From Octopus vulgaris (Eukaryota), in the NCBI GenBank assembly GCA_951406725.2, contig OX597818.1, positions 128,154,001-128,218,000 of the forward strand: a DNA stretch of 64,000 nucleotides, read 5' to 3'. Below the pieces are notes generated by a model. It ran no database searches and was not told the origin of the DNA. It was given only the letters and a program-made list of their open reading frames with translations. Position 1 is the first letter of the stretch. The number at the start of each line of letters is the position of its first letter. Positions 1 to 12,850 of this stretch are shown piece after piece. The translations under genes and the position numbers were made by a program.

Positions 1-3000
1 GATGCCTTGCAATATTTGCCCATGGGGCCAGATAGATAATTAGATAGGTGATGGGCTTCCACATAGTTTCTATCCACCAAATTTACCCACAAGGCATTGG
101 GTTAACCCAGGGCTATAGTAGAAAACACCCAATGTACTGCATGAAAAAATATTCACTTAAACATTGAAGGCTTGTTTCCAACAGGGGTCTTTGTTGGTCA
201 GGGTTAGCTAGATATTTGTACTTGTATGCACAATACCAGGCAGTCTACTCTTTCCATGATACTGATATTGTCCAAGGAAATGGCTGTTGCTTTAGGGCTG
301 ATATAGCTTGGTATTAGTGTGATTATTGGCATTGCTGACAGAATGTAATGAATCAGGGCAAATATTGCAAGGCATCCCATCGGACTCTCTAAAAATTCTG
401 CTAATCTACTATCCTGGATTGGTATTTCACATAGATATATGACACAACAGAGCTTCTATATAGCCACTCAATCTGCTAGAAATGACAACCAAATTTTTCT
501 CAAATAACACCTATTTAAAAAAAAAGGAAAGATTAAGCCAAATTCCCATCACACAGCTGTCAAGTATGAACAAATATTATTTGGGAACATATTCCATACT
601 TTTGATAATTATTTTAGGTGCCTTTTTAGTTGTGAGTAGACAGAAACACTTTCTTGACTCTCTTGCCTTTGATCCAGTAGAACATCCAGAATGAGACAGC
701 TGGAGGGAGAAAGGGTCATAGGCACAGTTGGGTACAATGGAGCAAAGACGCAAAGAGTTACTCACTCCAGGAATTTGAACCTACAGCCTTACGATTATTA
801 ACCAAACCCCGTAACCACAGCTTGCCATTAAAAAACCCCCCAAAACGCAATAACGCATTAGACAATGTAGTCTTGTATACATTGTTCAGAAATAAGATAG
901 AATAATCATAGCGGCATCGGTTTATCGTAAGTCTACTTGATCAAAACTGACCTTAACCAAAAAAATAACCATAATTACTGTTACTTGTTATTTCTTGATT
1001 TTCAACTTGGAATTTATAAATTAAATGGAAGGCCTTGAAGGGAATAATAGATGCTACTTATCAGGAATATAAAACCCTGGAGTCTCGAGGGATGCATTTA
1101 AAGGTGTTAATTTCTCTTATTAAGAATCAATATTTTCTTATATTGACACAAGGTCACGAATATGTTGGATATTTCCAGTACTTATCAATACATAACTAAG
1201 GATTTGGATCTTGACTGTGGAGGGATAAAATCTAAATAGGTGTTAACTCATTTAATCGCTCCCTCCACAGTAATTAACGAATTCTTGTAATCGTATATCG
1301 ATATAAGGTACTTATTCCCCAGAATCCAGACGGATGAAAAAGCCAAGTTAATTAACCCTAGCAACTCTTGTAGAGAAGAAACTACCAGCAATAAAACATT
1401 TACTGAATCGCTCTCTCCTTGAAAATAAATGGTAGTAAAATAGATTTTATAAGATTTAAAAAAAAAATCATTTTGAGAGAAGGATATTACAGACTACAAG
1501 CAATCACTTCTCACTTTTATAGACATTTGAAAGTATTAAACAAGCAAACTACATATGAAAAGCTTGAAACACCGCAGAGAAGTTATCGATTTCCGTTTTG
1601 GTTGTTCCACTTATATTTAGAAAGAAGGGCGATTACTTCAATTCATGCTACTACTTCGTCTCTACTGAGAACTGATTATTTGTGGTAGAACCAGACATCC
1701 AGGCCGATTGTTTTTATTGTAGTTTAGTCTAGTCATTCATTACTTTTAGATCAAACACTGCAGGGGTCTACTTCGTAATTTTGGGCCTGGGTTTGATAAA
1801 TAACCACCAATAAAATATTAGATGATAGTTTCTATTGATTATGGTGAACGGAAGTAAGGCCAGTGTTTTAGTTAAGGAAAAAAAAAAGTCATATCTCAAT
1901 TGAATTAAATATTTAACTTGAGCATACATCATCACGCATACAGAGAATTACGACGCAGATGGCATTATGTGTGTCAAAAACACATTTTATTCGATATCAA
2001 GTGAAAAAACCTATTAAATTCAGTAATTTTATTTTAGATTCTTCTGTGACAGTTTCTCTCAGGAAATTCCCAACAAAAATTTGGCTTTGTATGAAACCAA
2101 AATAAATTAAATCTGATACTGTATTAAAAACAAAAATACAACTTATCAGCATTAAGAAATAGAAGGGATTTTATATTTTATTTTCTTCGAAAATTTTGTT
2201 GCTTTGGACCCTAAATCATTTTATTTTAGGCTCCAATAAGTACATAAATGAGAAACACATTGGACTGTAACATGGCGACAGGCAACAAAGAAGCGCTGGG
2301 TCTAATTATTTAATTTGAATAAAAAAAAAAAAGCTGTTATTTGATACACATACTTCGCAGTTTCTTTTTAATTTTCGAAATTGGATACATTGATAAAAAT
2401 CAATAAATAAAACAAGTTCAAACACATGAAAAGTGTTTGGTCAGATAAGTTGTGGAAAATTTGAATGTTTACACTAAAACTAAATCATTATATATTATAC
2501 ACACACACATTTCGGTTCTACATACGCTTCCTCCAACCCTTTTGGTCATTATAAACAAATCATTTGTCTTCGACGGGTGAATTCATACATAATACACACG
2601 CACTTGTTATTTCGCTTACATTGGTCGCCTAATTTACCATTATGCGCAGCGCACTGCCCTAAGTTCCGAATTAATTGCAGCTTTCAATTAAAACGGTGTG
2701 CGACGTGTAGTGACGGGCACTGACATTTAGATATGCAATTATAGGAAATAATTGCATATAAGAAAGGCAGTTGGACATTTCCTAGCATGGAAATATCAGT
2801 CGTATTTCCTGACGCCAGGAAATATCAGTTGGAAAACATTTCTCGACGAACAAACACCCTGAGAAGCACTTGCGTGGGAGGGGGCGTCGTCCTGTGTATT
2901 AACGTCCGTCTTACAAGTTTACCTACAACGTCTCCTTCTATGAAAAGGAGACATTTATGAAGTTATCGCGTAGTGTTGCTCGACTAACAGCAGAAATTTT

Positions 3001-3469
3001 GCTAATATATGCAACCATATCCGCGAATATGCTTCCAAATGCTTTCTATTTTCCAGTTGTGTCGATTTATTTTTAACAAAATTACATTCTCATAAGGATG
3101 AAGATTTAAATAAAAGTGTTCATATCCTACGCAAACTACGTGCTTAAATGCCTAATGCAGGGGGAATACTTTTTTTCAATAGAATCCACGTAAGGGGCTC
3201 AATATCTTTGTTGTTCGGACAGTTCACACAATTCACGGTGTTTTTTTTTTCAATGCTGAATGGGTCAACCTTAAGTTTTCTACGATTAATAAAAAGAATA
3301 TTCCGATCATGCATTTTTTCATCATGGCCCCACATTAAAATGCAAAGGAAAATTTTGTTACGTTTAAGTAAGAAAGCTAACCGCTTAAATAACAGAAAAA
3401 CAACAAAAAAATGCCCCCGAAACGTGTCCATAACAACAAGACGATGTGGCACAGTCAACTGCTTCGCAG

Positions 3470-3552
3470 CTACTGAAATGGCGTCATGTGTGTCGCTTTA
3501 TACTACCGAGCACGTGACCTCCAGCACCTCACACTCAAATTACCGCCATTTT
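3470..3552 (-). promoter_or_regulatory. TATA + Initiator core promoter with E-box and YY1 motif
   Basis: On the minus strand, TATAAA (3502-3497) lies 28 nt upstream of the A in TCAGT (3474). GTCACGTG is at 3518-3511 and AAAATGGCGG at 3552-3543. Confidence 0.5.
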
Positions 3553-4510
3553 AAAAACCATCAGGTTTCCCTGCCGGACCTCGCAGTTTTATTGTATTCT
3601 TAGAGAATTCAGTTAAAGGATTTACTCTGTGGGAATAAATCGTCAATACACATCTTAAGCAAAAAAATTTTTATTTGGTCAACCAATCAGATTTCGAAGT
3701 CACTAAGCTAGATAGACCCATATTGCAGTGCGTCGGATGTGGTAATAGCGGGAACTAACGAATTAACTCCCTTGGCAAAACCAGCTAGTTCCTAGAATAA
3801 ATTACGGATGACTAAAAGTTTCAAAATAATCCACGAACTCAGCGCCATCGTGTTTTTATACTTAATTTTAATTTGGACTGAAGTTTCTTCGTATCTTATG
3901 CAAATTTCTCTATTTATATTGTTTTATAGCAAACAGAGATTAAATAAAAAAGTACATTTATAAAGAAACTGCTATTATTTTCAAAGAGTTCAGAAATGCA
4001 CTTGAAATATGGAAACGCAAATTGTGACACGTTTAGGTTTTCATAATTGTATAACTGTAGTTTCGTCAGCAATCGTTTGCTATTTCTAAATGGAAATGCT
4101 TGTTGTCGCACATGTTATGTGGCCAACTAATATCTGATTCCAATTGAAATTTCAACTCGAAAATAGGTTTAGAACTGAACTCCAGCGGAATACTGCTTGT
4201 CCAATCTGTTGGTAAAGTGTTGATTTTAATATCGATACTGATAAAAGTAGAATTTCGATAAATATTAACATTTAAATATCAATGACTGTTTCGACACCGT
4301 CTGCAACCAGGAAAATTTATAGCTTTTAGTAAGCTTTGTTTTATTTTTTCTCCTAATTGGCTTTGTGTATATATATATATTTTATTACCATTATTTTTAT
4401 CTTTACATTTGCATTTACCAGCTTGATTAACCATTTTACAGAGCACTTCACCTCTTCACTAATACGGAGAAATCATTTCCATTGTATTTCATGTGGTGTG
4501 AGTGTATATA

Positions 4511-4547
<37 letters not shown>

Positions 4548-6317
4548 GTGTGTTTGTGCGCAACGATTTTCCCTTCTTTTCTATTTAAAAACATTATTTT
4601 CCTTTCTAAATGAGATATTTATTTACATATATGTATCTTCAATTCTGCAGATTTAAATTTGTTTCACCTTTTCAATTTTGTTTTCTGTATTTATATGATG
4701 AATTTTTGTCGGTTTGTTAATATTATGTGTAAATCTTATGATGGAATATTTTCCCCTTTTTTATCTTCCAATAAATTAAATCAAACCGTCGCACAACGTA
4801 ATGAAGTGAATCAAAAGTTCTTTCCAAAAATCTTGAATGTCCATAAATTCTCTGGAAAGATTTATCCTTGCCTAATTTGAAAAGTGGGGGTCCAGATTTA
4901 GTAAGAAAATCTAAACGATTTTGGCAACTCATTTTGTGTCCAATAAGGCCTTAGCTAAATTCAAAAACTCATCTTAGAATCCCCTTTTCTGCTTTTCCCT
5001 CCCTACAAATATGTATATATTTCTTCGTTTATTCAGTGTTTCGTCTAGATTATTAAACATTGTTATCACTATTTGAGGTCTTACTTTAACCACAAACCTT
5101 TTTTGATTTGTTTTGTTTTAACCCATTTAATACATAAACTTTTTTTATGTTTTCATAAAAATAAACAGTATGGATGGGAAAAAGTCTAAAATATAATTAG
5201 AGAAATTGTTTGGGATTTGTGGAAAATTAATACAAGAACAAAAGTATTTTAGGTACTTTTAAATTGAAATATATACTTCATAGTGTTTAATTTTCTTACT
5301 GTCCTGTTTTTGGGACACTTGTGCATTAATGGGTTAATTATAGTCTTCCCCAAGTCTTCTTTTTGTGTTCATTTCCTCATCATTTAATAGTTTTCCCCCC
5401 ATGTTTTTGATTTGTGTACTTTTTTTTTTCTATCTGAAAGTGAGAACAAGGAAGTTTTTATCTATTTATTTTTCGGTATTTTTAATATGTAGGTTTAATT
5501 GTTTTTCTTACATTTCTTTATGAATTCCTCTGTACACATATGAAGTTTTAGTCAATATTTTTTTCTTTTATGAAACACTTTAAAGATACATTTCGCGACG
5601 ATCACAATAAGAATTGGGAAAGGTTAAACCTTTAACGATCAGTGCTTGCGAGCCAGTTTCGATTCCGGGTAGATTCTCTTCTTTTACTTATGTCTCTAAT
5701 ATATTTGAAAAGGCATGACTGTCGCAACTGTGCTTTTTGCCACCTCAACAACTCTTAAGATTTTATGTCTACTAATGCAAAGAAGTCAGTAAGTTTTAAA
5801 CTTTTTTTTTATTAATTTACCCATTCGTTGAAGAGCTGGTTACTATTCAAGAAGAGTTTTAATTTTCGGTGTCGATGAAATCAGATATATATTCAATATT
5901 CAGCTGAATCGCTCATGTTTATGTATGTATATATGTGCCATTCGGGCGATCTTTCGCCTTGACGCTGTGTTTATATATTTTTATGTGCATGTATCTATAA
6001 TTGTGCATACACATGCATGCACAAATATGCATACATACACGCATAAACACAATACATACCCCAAAAATACATAGATAAAAGCGATGCATCTGAAAAATAT
6101 ATTAAAGAAATACAAAAAAAAATTATGGAAATTGCCGAACAAATAGTTTTACTTCTCGTGTACTTTCTTCGATAGATTGCTATATATATATATTTGTATG
6201 TATGTATATATTAGTCAAAAGAACTTGAGCCGAATGTGTCGCTCAAATTTGATTCTTTGTAAATCCGATTCATCTACAACATTTACGTCCTTGGTAAATG
6301 CATGAACCTTACCTAGT

Positions 6318-6478
6318 TTAATCCTCTTTATTGTAAATTCCACCGCCTTGTGCATAAGCAAGTACTATTGTATTGCAAACACTCCGATACACCGTTAGCT
6401 TCTCTATTACACCGAACACGCGTGCCGGTTTCGAATCGTTACTGGAAAGCAATTCCGCTTTGATTTCATCATATTTTC
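6318..6478 (-). CDS. Second coding exon of putative divergent small gene (-GKYDEIKAELL...GGGIYNKED*)
   Basis: Pyrimidine-rich acceptor ccccttttctgctttatttcataaag| in phase 1, in frame with ORF 6318..6560. Stop at 6320-6318, followed 5 nt later by the donor TAG|GTAAGG and a strong acceptor tttttcag| at 6090. Confidence 0.42.
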
Positions 6479-6810
6479 CTTTATGAAATAAAGCAGAAAA
6501 GGGGCAGTGTCTTTTCTTTTCCTTTTTTCCCCCCCTGTAAAATGGGCCGGTGTGGGACAATAGATAAGGTATTGGGTTATGATTAAAAAATTTTTTTTTT
6601 TCGGTGTATCTGCTTTGTTACAGTTTATTTACAATGCCCCTGCTCTAACTATCGGAAATAAGTGAATACTGAGTTAGGTTCCGGCTCTAGAGCAACTGTA
6701 TAGACTGAAGCCTCGCTGTCCAGCCTGCTACCTCTCCCCTTATTCTAATTTCTCTCGTGTGTGTGGTAAATTGATGGAATATTCAACAGGTTTTTAGTAG
6801 GTATCTTTAC

Positions 6811-6943
6811 CTGACCATTTGTTTGGTACATCGAGTTCAATTTCTATCGAGTCATTAAAATCATTTCTGGCCTTGTCTAAATCTGTCGAATTTGTTTCTC
6901 TGGCACCAAGTAAATTGAGGGCGATGTGCTCCAATAAGGTCAT
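6811..6943 (-). CDS. First coding exon of a putative divergent small gene (MTLLEHIALNLLGARETNSTDLDKARNDFNDSIEIELDVPNKWS-)
   Basis: ATG at 6943 with an in-frame TGA just upstream, 44 open codons plus 1 nt, then the donor CAG|GTAAAG (phase 1). Confidence 0.45.
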
Positions 6944-7965
6944 GGTCAAATGTCAGAAACCATTAAAAATTATGAAAAAAGATGTTTCATACTTCTTTTA
7001 ATGTAATTTCTGGTTAATATTTTGTGTTCTACAAATGGTTAGCAAAAATTGAACTATTTTAATTTTCCTTTCAGTTTTACCTCTACAACTCAAAGTAAAT
7101 ATATAGTTCATCAAACAGTGGGAACAATAATTGTTTCATTTAGTTATTTACAGTAAATTATTACAGTATTAAGTATTGTAGAAACCGGTGTATATCAACT
7201 TGATCGACGCCAGCAACCAGTTGGTTTATTATTATGGAATATTGTTTACAGGGTAGAGCATTCTTAAAAAAAGAAAAATCTCAGATTTTGCCTTCCAAGT
7301 TGAATTTAAGCGTATTGAAAAATATTCACATAATTTTCGAATTTGGATAATTTCCTATGCATATTTTTCTATTTACATGTGCAAATTCTAATGGAAAATA
7401 TTGAACAGAATACAATGAGCTAGAAGAGGTGGACTGAATGCATTACGGCCCGTTTTGCATTTGAATCTTGCTAGGTCACTAAAGCCCACTCATCTCCAGA
7501 AAACATGAGCCGCGAGGTCTTTGTTATTGAAAACATAAGGATGCTTGAACTTTTCATGTTTTGCAGTGTATATCAATCACCTTGTCCTGGGACTTGATTG
7601 TTTACTGTAATACATGCAAGAACAATATTTTGGCGCCTTTGTACACGAGGTCTTTGAAAACTTATACTGAGGAGTTGCATAATTATATATGGTCTGTTCA
7701 GCATAGTACGTTTTATCCATTTTAGGTGATAGATGTGAATTCGCTTGTTTAGTCAAAGATTATTTAGCACAAAGCATGAACGAAATGTTTCAGTGGATAA
7801 TAAAAACCAAATTACCACTGAAATCCTAGTTCTCTGCTTATTTTTATCTTAAAGCACATATAAAACACACAAGCAATATTGGGTTTATCAAATGTTTTCT
7901 CATGAATTATTTCGTTATTTTCCTGAATTTAATCTTTATTTTAAAGCGAAATTTGATACATATAT

Positions 7966-8158
7966 TTTTTTTTATTAACAGGTTTATGAACTTATTACTA
8001 CTGTTCAGCATGTATGACTGAAGATTGATAATAATTGCAACAATAATAATTAGAAGAAAAGTGAAACAAAGCCAGAAAATATCAGCAGGTTAGATTGTTT
8101 CTAAACTGTGGTGTGTAATATGAATGCAGCTGTTTGCTGATAGCTTGCTTTTGTTGAT
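7966..8158 (+). other. NOL9: Splice acceptor and 5' UTR portion of the first NOL9 coding exon, with two short uORFs
   Basis: T-run followed by attaacag| at 7981. uORFs MNLLLLFSMYD* (7986) and MNAAVC* (8120). In-frame TAG at 8141 precedes the ATG at 8159. Confidence 0.55.
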
Positions 8159-9318
8159 ATGTCACCTCACGGAATCAAAGGAACAGGCAAGAAAAATAAG
8201 TGCTCATCACTTAGTGTTAATGGACCAAAAATGCTTGCAAAGAAAAAAAGGAAGATTTTAAGTGAGACTCCTGATGTTGATGTGTCTGGAAAAGCAACCA
8301 GTTGGCGTGGTCTTAAAATTGAATCCTCAAATGATCTTAAAGAGAAGATACTGAAGCAGTTAACATGTCCATCTCGCCAGTACAAAGGGAGAGATGGCGA
8401 AATAGAGCTTCCTCCCAAGAAAAAGCGGAAATTTCAAAACAATGGCAGTGTTGAAACTGATTCAGATGTAGAGAAAACTAGTCGGAGAAGCAAACTGATG
8501 AAAAAACAGTATCTGGAAAAGCCTAGCTCTAAAATGCAAAGATGGAAGAAGCTGGCTGAAGATGCTGAATTCTATGGGTCTTCAAATTCTGCAAGCAAAG
8601 GCAAAAAGAAAAAGAAATTAATGACTGTAAATTATGATGATGGGGTTTGTGTTTATGATTTGCACACACCCAGCAAATTGAAGAAAATGAAACGGCAAAA
8701 AGGTGCTAATCACATAGTCAACAAAAAGAAGGTTCATATTGGTAAACGTGTCATTACTCCTCACAAGGGGGGCCGAAAGGAAGCCATGAAACCAAAACTC
8801 AATGTCAGCAGCAGTCGTTTAAAACTTTTGTCTAAAAAACAACGAAAGAAGCTTGAGGAAAATTATTCACTGCAGATATACAGTGATGTGGAATTGTCAG
8901 ACAGTGATGTGTCTGCTGATGGACAAAATGTAATTTCAATCAAGAAAGGCAAGTTTTCAATGCCTGACAAGTGGAGTTATCGACAACTGCTGAGCAAGAA
9001 AAAGGCCAAGTCTAAGAAAGAACAGGAATGCAATGTTGGCAAGATAAAAAAGTCAAAGCAGCATCACGAGCATGTTTTGGAGGATGAAGATTCCTACGAC
9101 AACATTGAAGAAGCTTCTTCTGATGAAGATTTATCAGAAGTTGATGATGATGACGAGGATGAGGATGAGGTTGATGATGCTGAAGAGGATGATGATGATG
9201 ATGAGGAAGAGGATGATGATGATGATGAGGATGACGACGACGAAGACAGTGAGGCCCAAATGAGTGATGAAAGACTTGGTGCAGAAAAGAAAAATGTATC
9301 AAATCAGAATTTACCCAA
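8159..9318 (+). CDS. NOL9: NOL9 first coding exon: Lys-rich basic region plus long Asp/Glu tract (low complexity, nucleolar-targeting type); potentially shared with the SENP isoform
   Basis: 386 open codons with many basic clusters (PPKKKRK, KGKKKKK) and an acidic tract at ~9080-9260. Ends at a perfect donor AA|GTAAGT (phase 2) matching the phase-2 acceptor at 42863. Confidence 0.78.
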
Positions 9319-12299
9319 GTAAGTTATTTATTTCTCATTACTTGATTACTTTTTTTTTTTTCTTTGTTCTTTATGACTGGTCTTTTCTAAAATATGCATA
9401 ACATTAAGTCACTGGACTTTGTCAGCATAGGTATTTTTTCTTTTTTTTTTTTGCTTTTTATATCATTTATGTATACAAAGAGAAGAGGAAACATTAATGG
9501 TTAAGTGAGGATTGAATTTGCATCTCTTGGTTTAATGCCCAAGTGCTTCCCAAATTAAACTTCTGTTAATTTGTTCCTGTAACAGTCTTAGCATTATTCA
9601 TATATGTAGTTAAAATCTTTTCGAAATGTGTGCAAAGGCTTGTAAATTTACATGAAAATATCGATGAAGCATGAAGTAGATGATATCAAAGAGACTCAAG
9701 TTAACAAGAGATGTGGGTTTAAAATCTTAGCTGATTCTAGCTACAAATGCTCTTTTTGTCAGTATGTATATTATCATTTTAGAAATATTTACACATAAAA
9801 GTAGACAGTATCTCATGTGTTTAATGATGCAGGCACAAGGAAGATATATTGAAACAAAAAGTGAGCTAACTACAAACTGAACCTCAGTTTTTTATAAGCC
9901 ATTCAGTTAAGCTGCAAGATCTTTTACCAGTTTATCATGTTTATAAATTTAGATGTATTTAATCACATGTTCCTTTGATTATGATATTCTAAGGGTTACT
10001 GATTTCCCCATCTTTTGTGTTTCATATTTCTAATCGTCATTACATAAATTTTTATAGTACTTATTAATATATTGTTTTAATGTTAAAGATTCTGGTGTGA
10101 AAGTTTTTGTTTTGATATCTCAAAATCGGTTCAGATGGTTAGTTTCACTTCAGATCTTATTTTATTTAATGCTTGGTTTCAGGTTAGGAGATATAGATCT
10201 CAAATTCTTCAGTTTTATTCAGTATCTTATAGACTGATTTTCAGATTAAGTACATTATTATTATTGTCTACTACACCATCTCTCTAACAGAGTATGCTTT
10301 TTTTCTTTTTTTTACACTTCTTAGTAGTACTATGTCTGCTCAGTTGATATCATTCAGTAACTTCCAAGTTGCAGCATACCCTTATCACAAATATCATTTT
10401 GACATCATTGCAGTTCTCATGCTCTGTTCATCAGTGCCACTTTTTCATACCTGATACATATTACTTCATCTGTTGTTGGTATGACAAATTTACATACATC
10501 TAACATGTTCCTCTCTAAAGCAGTTTTACAGTTACACACCTATGACAGACCAGTCACACATTTGATACATTCATTGTACTTCTTGAATGAATGGAGAATG
10601 ACTGATCAAATTTTTCTTTTTATTTAAGGCAATCAGAAAATAAGTTAGGATAATATTGCCTATGACTTATATATTTCCCCTCAAAATTCTTGGTTAATTC
10701 TTTTAGCTTGGTTGAATGTTTTGTACCTTAACTTTTGGTTGGTTAGAACTTTGGTGAATTATATATAATTTTAGCAAAATAATACTTGGTCAGTTGCAGA
10801 TATTTACAAATGGTACATACATTTGCTACTAAATCCTAGATTCTATTTCTGCTTGACATATTACTATTAACTGTCTATCTCATCAGCTATTATCTTAAAC
10901 CAACTTTGCATTATCTTAAGGTTAAAGCTTTTAAATTTTTCTGGTATTGTTGAGAAAGCAATGTCTTTGCTGGTTCATTCAGCATGCAACTATTGAAGAC
11001 TTACATTAATGCACACATTTCATACAGTATAGATATCCTTTTCTACTCCAGGCACAAGGCCCAAAATTTCTGGGGAAGGGCCAGTCGATTAGATTGACCC
11101 CAGTACACAACTGGTACTTACGTTATTGAACCTGAAAGAATGAAAGGCAAAGTCGACCTCGGTGGAATTTGAACTCAGAACATAAAGAGATGAAATGCAT
11201 ACAGTATAGATATTGCATTGCAGTTCTTATCTTTTTGAGAATGTATCTAGACATGCACAAAATACTTAAGTAGCAGTTAGTAACTACTGCAGCTATAATT
11301 GTGGGTTTTCAGCTGGTTCTGAAGAATGTGTGTGTGTGTGTGTAGTATTTAAAAAATCTACTTACAGTGCCTGAATATTTTCACGTAATCTTATTGGCAT
11401 AATAAATAGATGTACTTGAACAAACTGCTCAGTTATCTACACACACATGCACACTAATTTTGGTTGGATGGAGAGCTGGGTTTTTTTCTGGCCAAATGTA
11501 AATATATTTTATTGTCTAACAGGATGTTAACCACAGTTTTTCCAGTCAAGATATTTTACTCTGTTAGTAGGAAGGTGTTATTTTTTAAAATTACTGAACT
11601 GTTATGTACTTAGATGAAGGCTGTGTAGTTAAGTTTGCTTCCCAATTGCTTTGTTACAGGTTCTGTTGCCCTGATTGGCTATTTGGGCGTTTATTATCTA
11701 TTGTAGCCCCTGGCTGACCAAAGCTTTATTAGGGAATCTGGTAGACAGAAACTGAAAAAAGCTTGTCTTATATGTGTGTGCATGTGTTTGTGTCTATTTG
11801 TCTTGACATTATGCAATAGTTGTAATCAAATATCACTATCTTACATGTAGTGTGTCAGTCATTTCAAATCTTCTGTGAAAGTGTTTGGCCATAGAAAAAT
11901 ATTACTTTTCTTGGGAACAAGTGAGAGTTGGTGACAGAAAGGTCATCCTGCTGTAGTAAATTTGCCTTCACGAATTCTGTTTCCTCCATGCAAAGAAAGA
12001 AAAATGAACATTAAAACAATGCTGATAATGAAATAATTTAGTAACTGGCAATTGTGATCTTAAGTTGATTAGATTGGTCTAAATATTTTTATGGTCCTTT
12101 GTTCCTTGATCTGCTGCAGAAGCTAATAGTAGATGAATGGCTGGTGAGAGCTGTCCCAGTCATACACAGGAGTACTGTTAGTGAGGTAACAGTAGTGTGC
12201 TCAGTGATGAATTTGGTGTGCAGATAGTTCATCAGGTCTACACCTCCTTCTGTTTGTCAGTCTTTTAAGCCATAAGAACTCATTGCCTGTCAGAAATCC

Positions 12300-12850
12300 T
12301 TTCTGCTGATACTCATGTTCATACAGCTGAATCTAGTAGAATTAGAAAAATTTCAAATGTGCAAGTAAAACTTGGAATCAAAGGGCCTTAAAATTAACTT
12401 AGCAAAGTCTTAGTAAGCAAGAGAGCAGTACACTAATCCCTTTAGGAAAATGGCCTTGTTCAGTATGTAGAAATCCCATCTGGTGTACACAGTGCAAACT
12501 ATGAACACATTAGAGGTCCAGTGGATTCACAGGAAGATTAATAGAAAGTAGACTTTGTGGAAGCTAACATTCTCTACTAGACGTGCATTGTTAGTGTGCA
12601 TATATGACAAAGTGTAAATGTATTTAAAGAAAAATTGGGCATAAGAGGCATCAGCTATAGTGTGCTGGTATGGTTATGTGCTGTATATGGATGAGGATAG
12701 TTGTATAAAGTGTCAATCACTAACTATGGATAAAACTTGTGGAAGGAGGAGATCCATGAGAAAAGACATGAAAACTGACCTCAGGTTGTTGAGCCACTGC
12801 AATGTTGTCAAAGGACCAAGATGATTGGCAGTTAGTTGTGCTTGAGAAAA
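12300..12850 (+). mobile_element. Decayed RTE-type LINE fragment
   Basis: Remnant LESKGLKINLAK and Cys-rich GKWPCSVCR..CTQCKL typical of the RT C-terminal part of RTE-clade elements. Confidence 0.6.

Larger units (their letters stand above)
1200..7750. promoter_or_regulatory. CpG-retaining multi-promoter region
   Basis: CG dinucleotides are visibly frequent here and scarce in unique sequence after ~9.3 kb. The region holds YY1-type ATGGCG/CGCCAT motifs (~2272, 3478, 3543), TATCGATA at 1296 and 4230, and CCAAT boxes (~3683, 4201). Boundaries are approximate. Confidence 0.55.

Noticed and set aside
3144-3603. Overlapping 104- and 151-aa ORFs
   Set aside because: No recognisable motifs; they overlap promoter elements and A/T runs.
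5615-5675. tRNA-like B box (gtttcgattcc)
   Set aside because: No cloverleaf can be built; at best a decayed SINE head.
9012-9302. Poly-His (minus strand) and poly-Met (plus strand) ORFs
   Set aside because: Alternative frames of the (GAT/GAN)n acidic tract.
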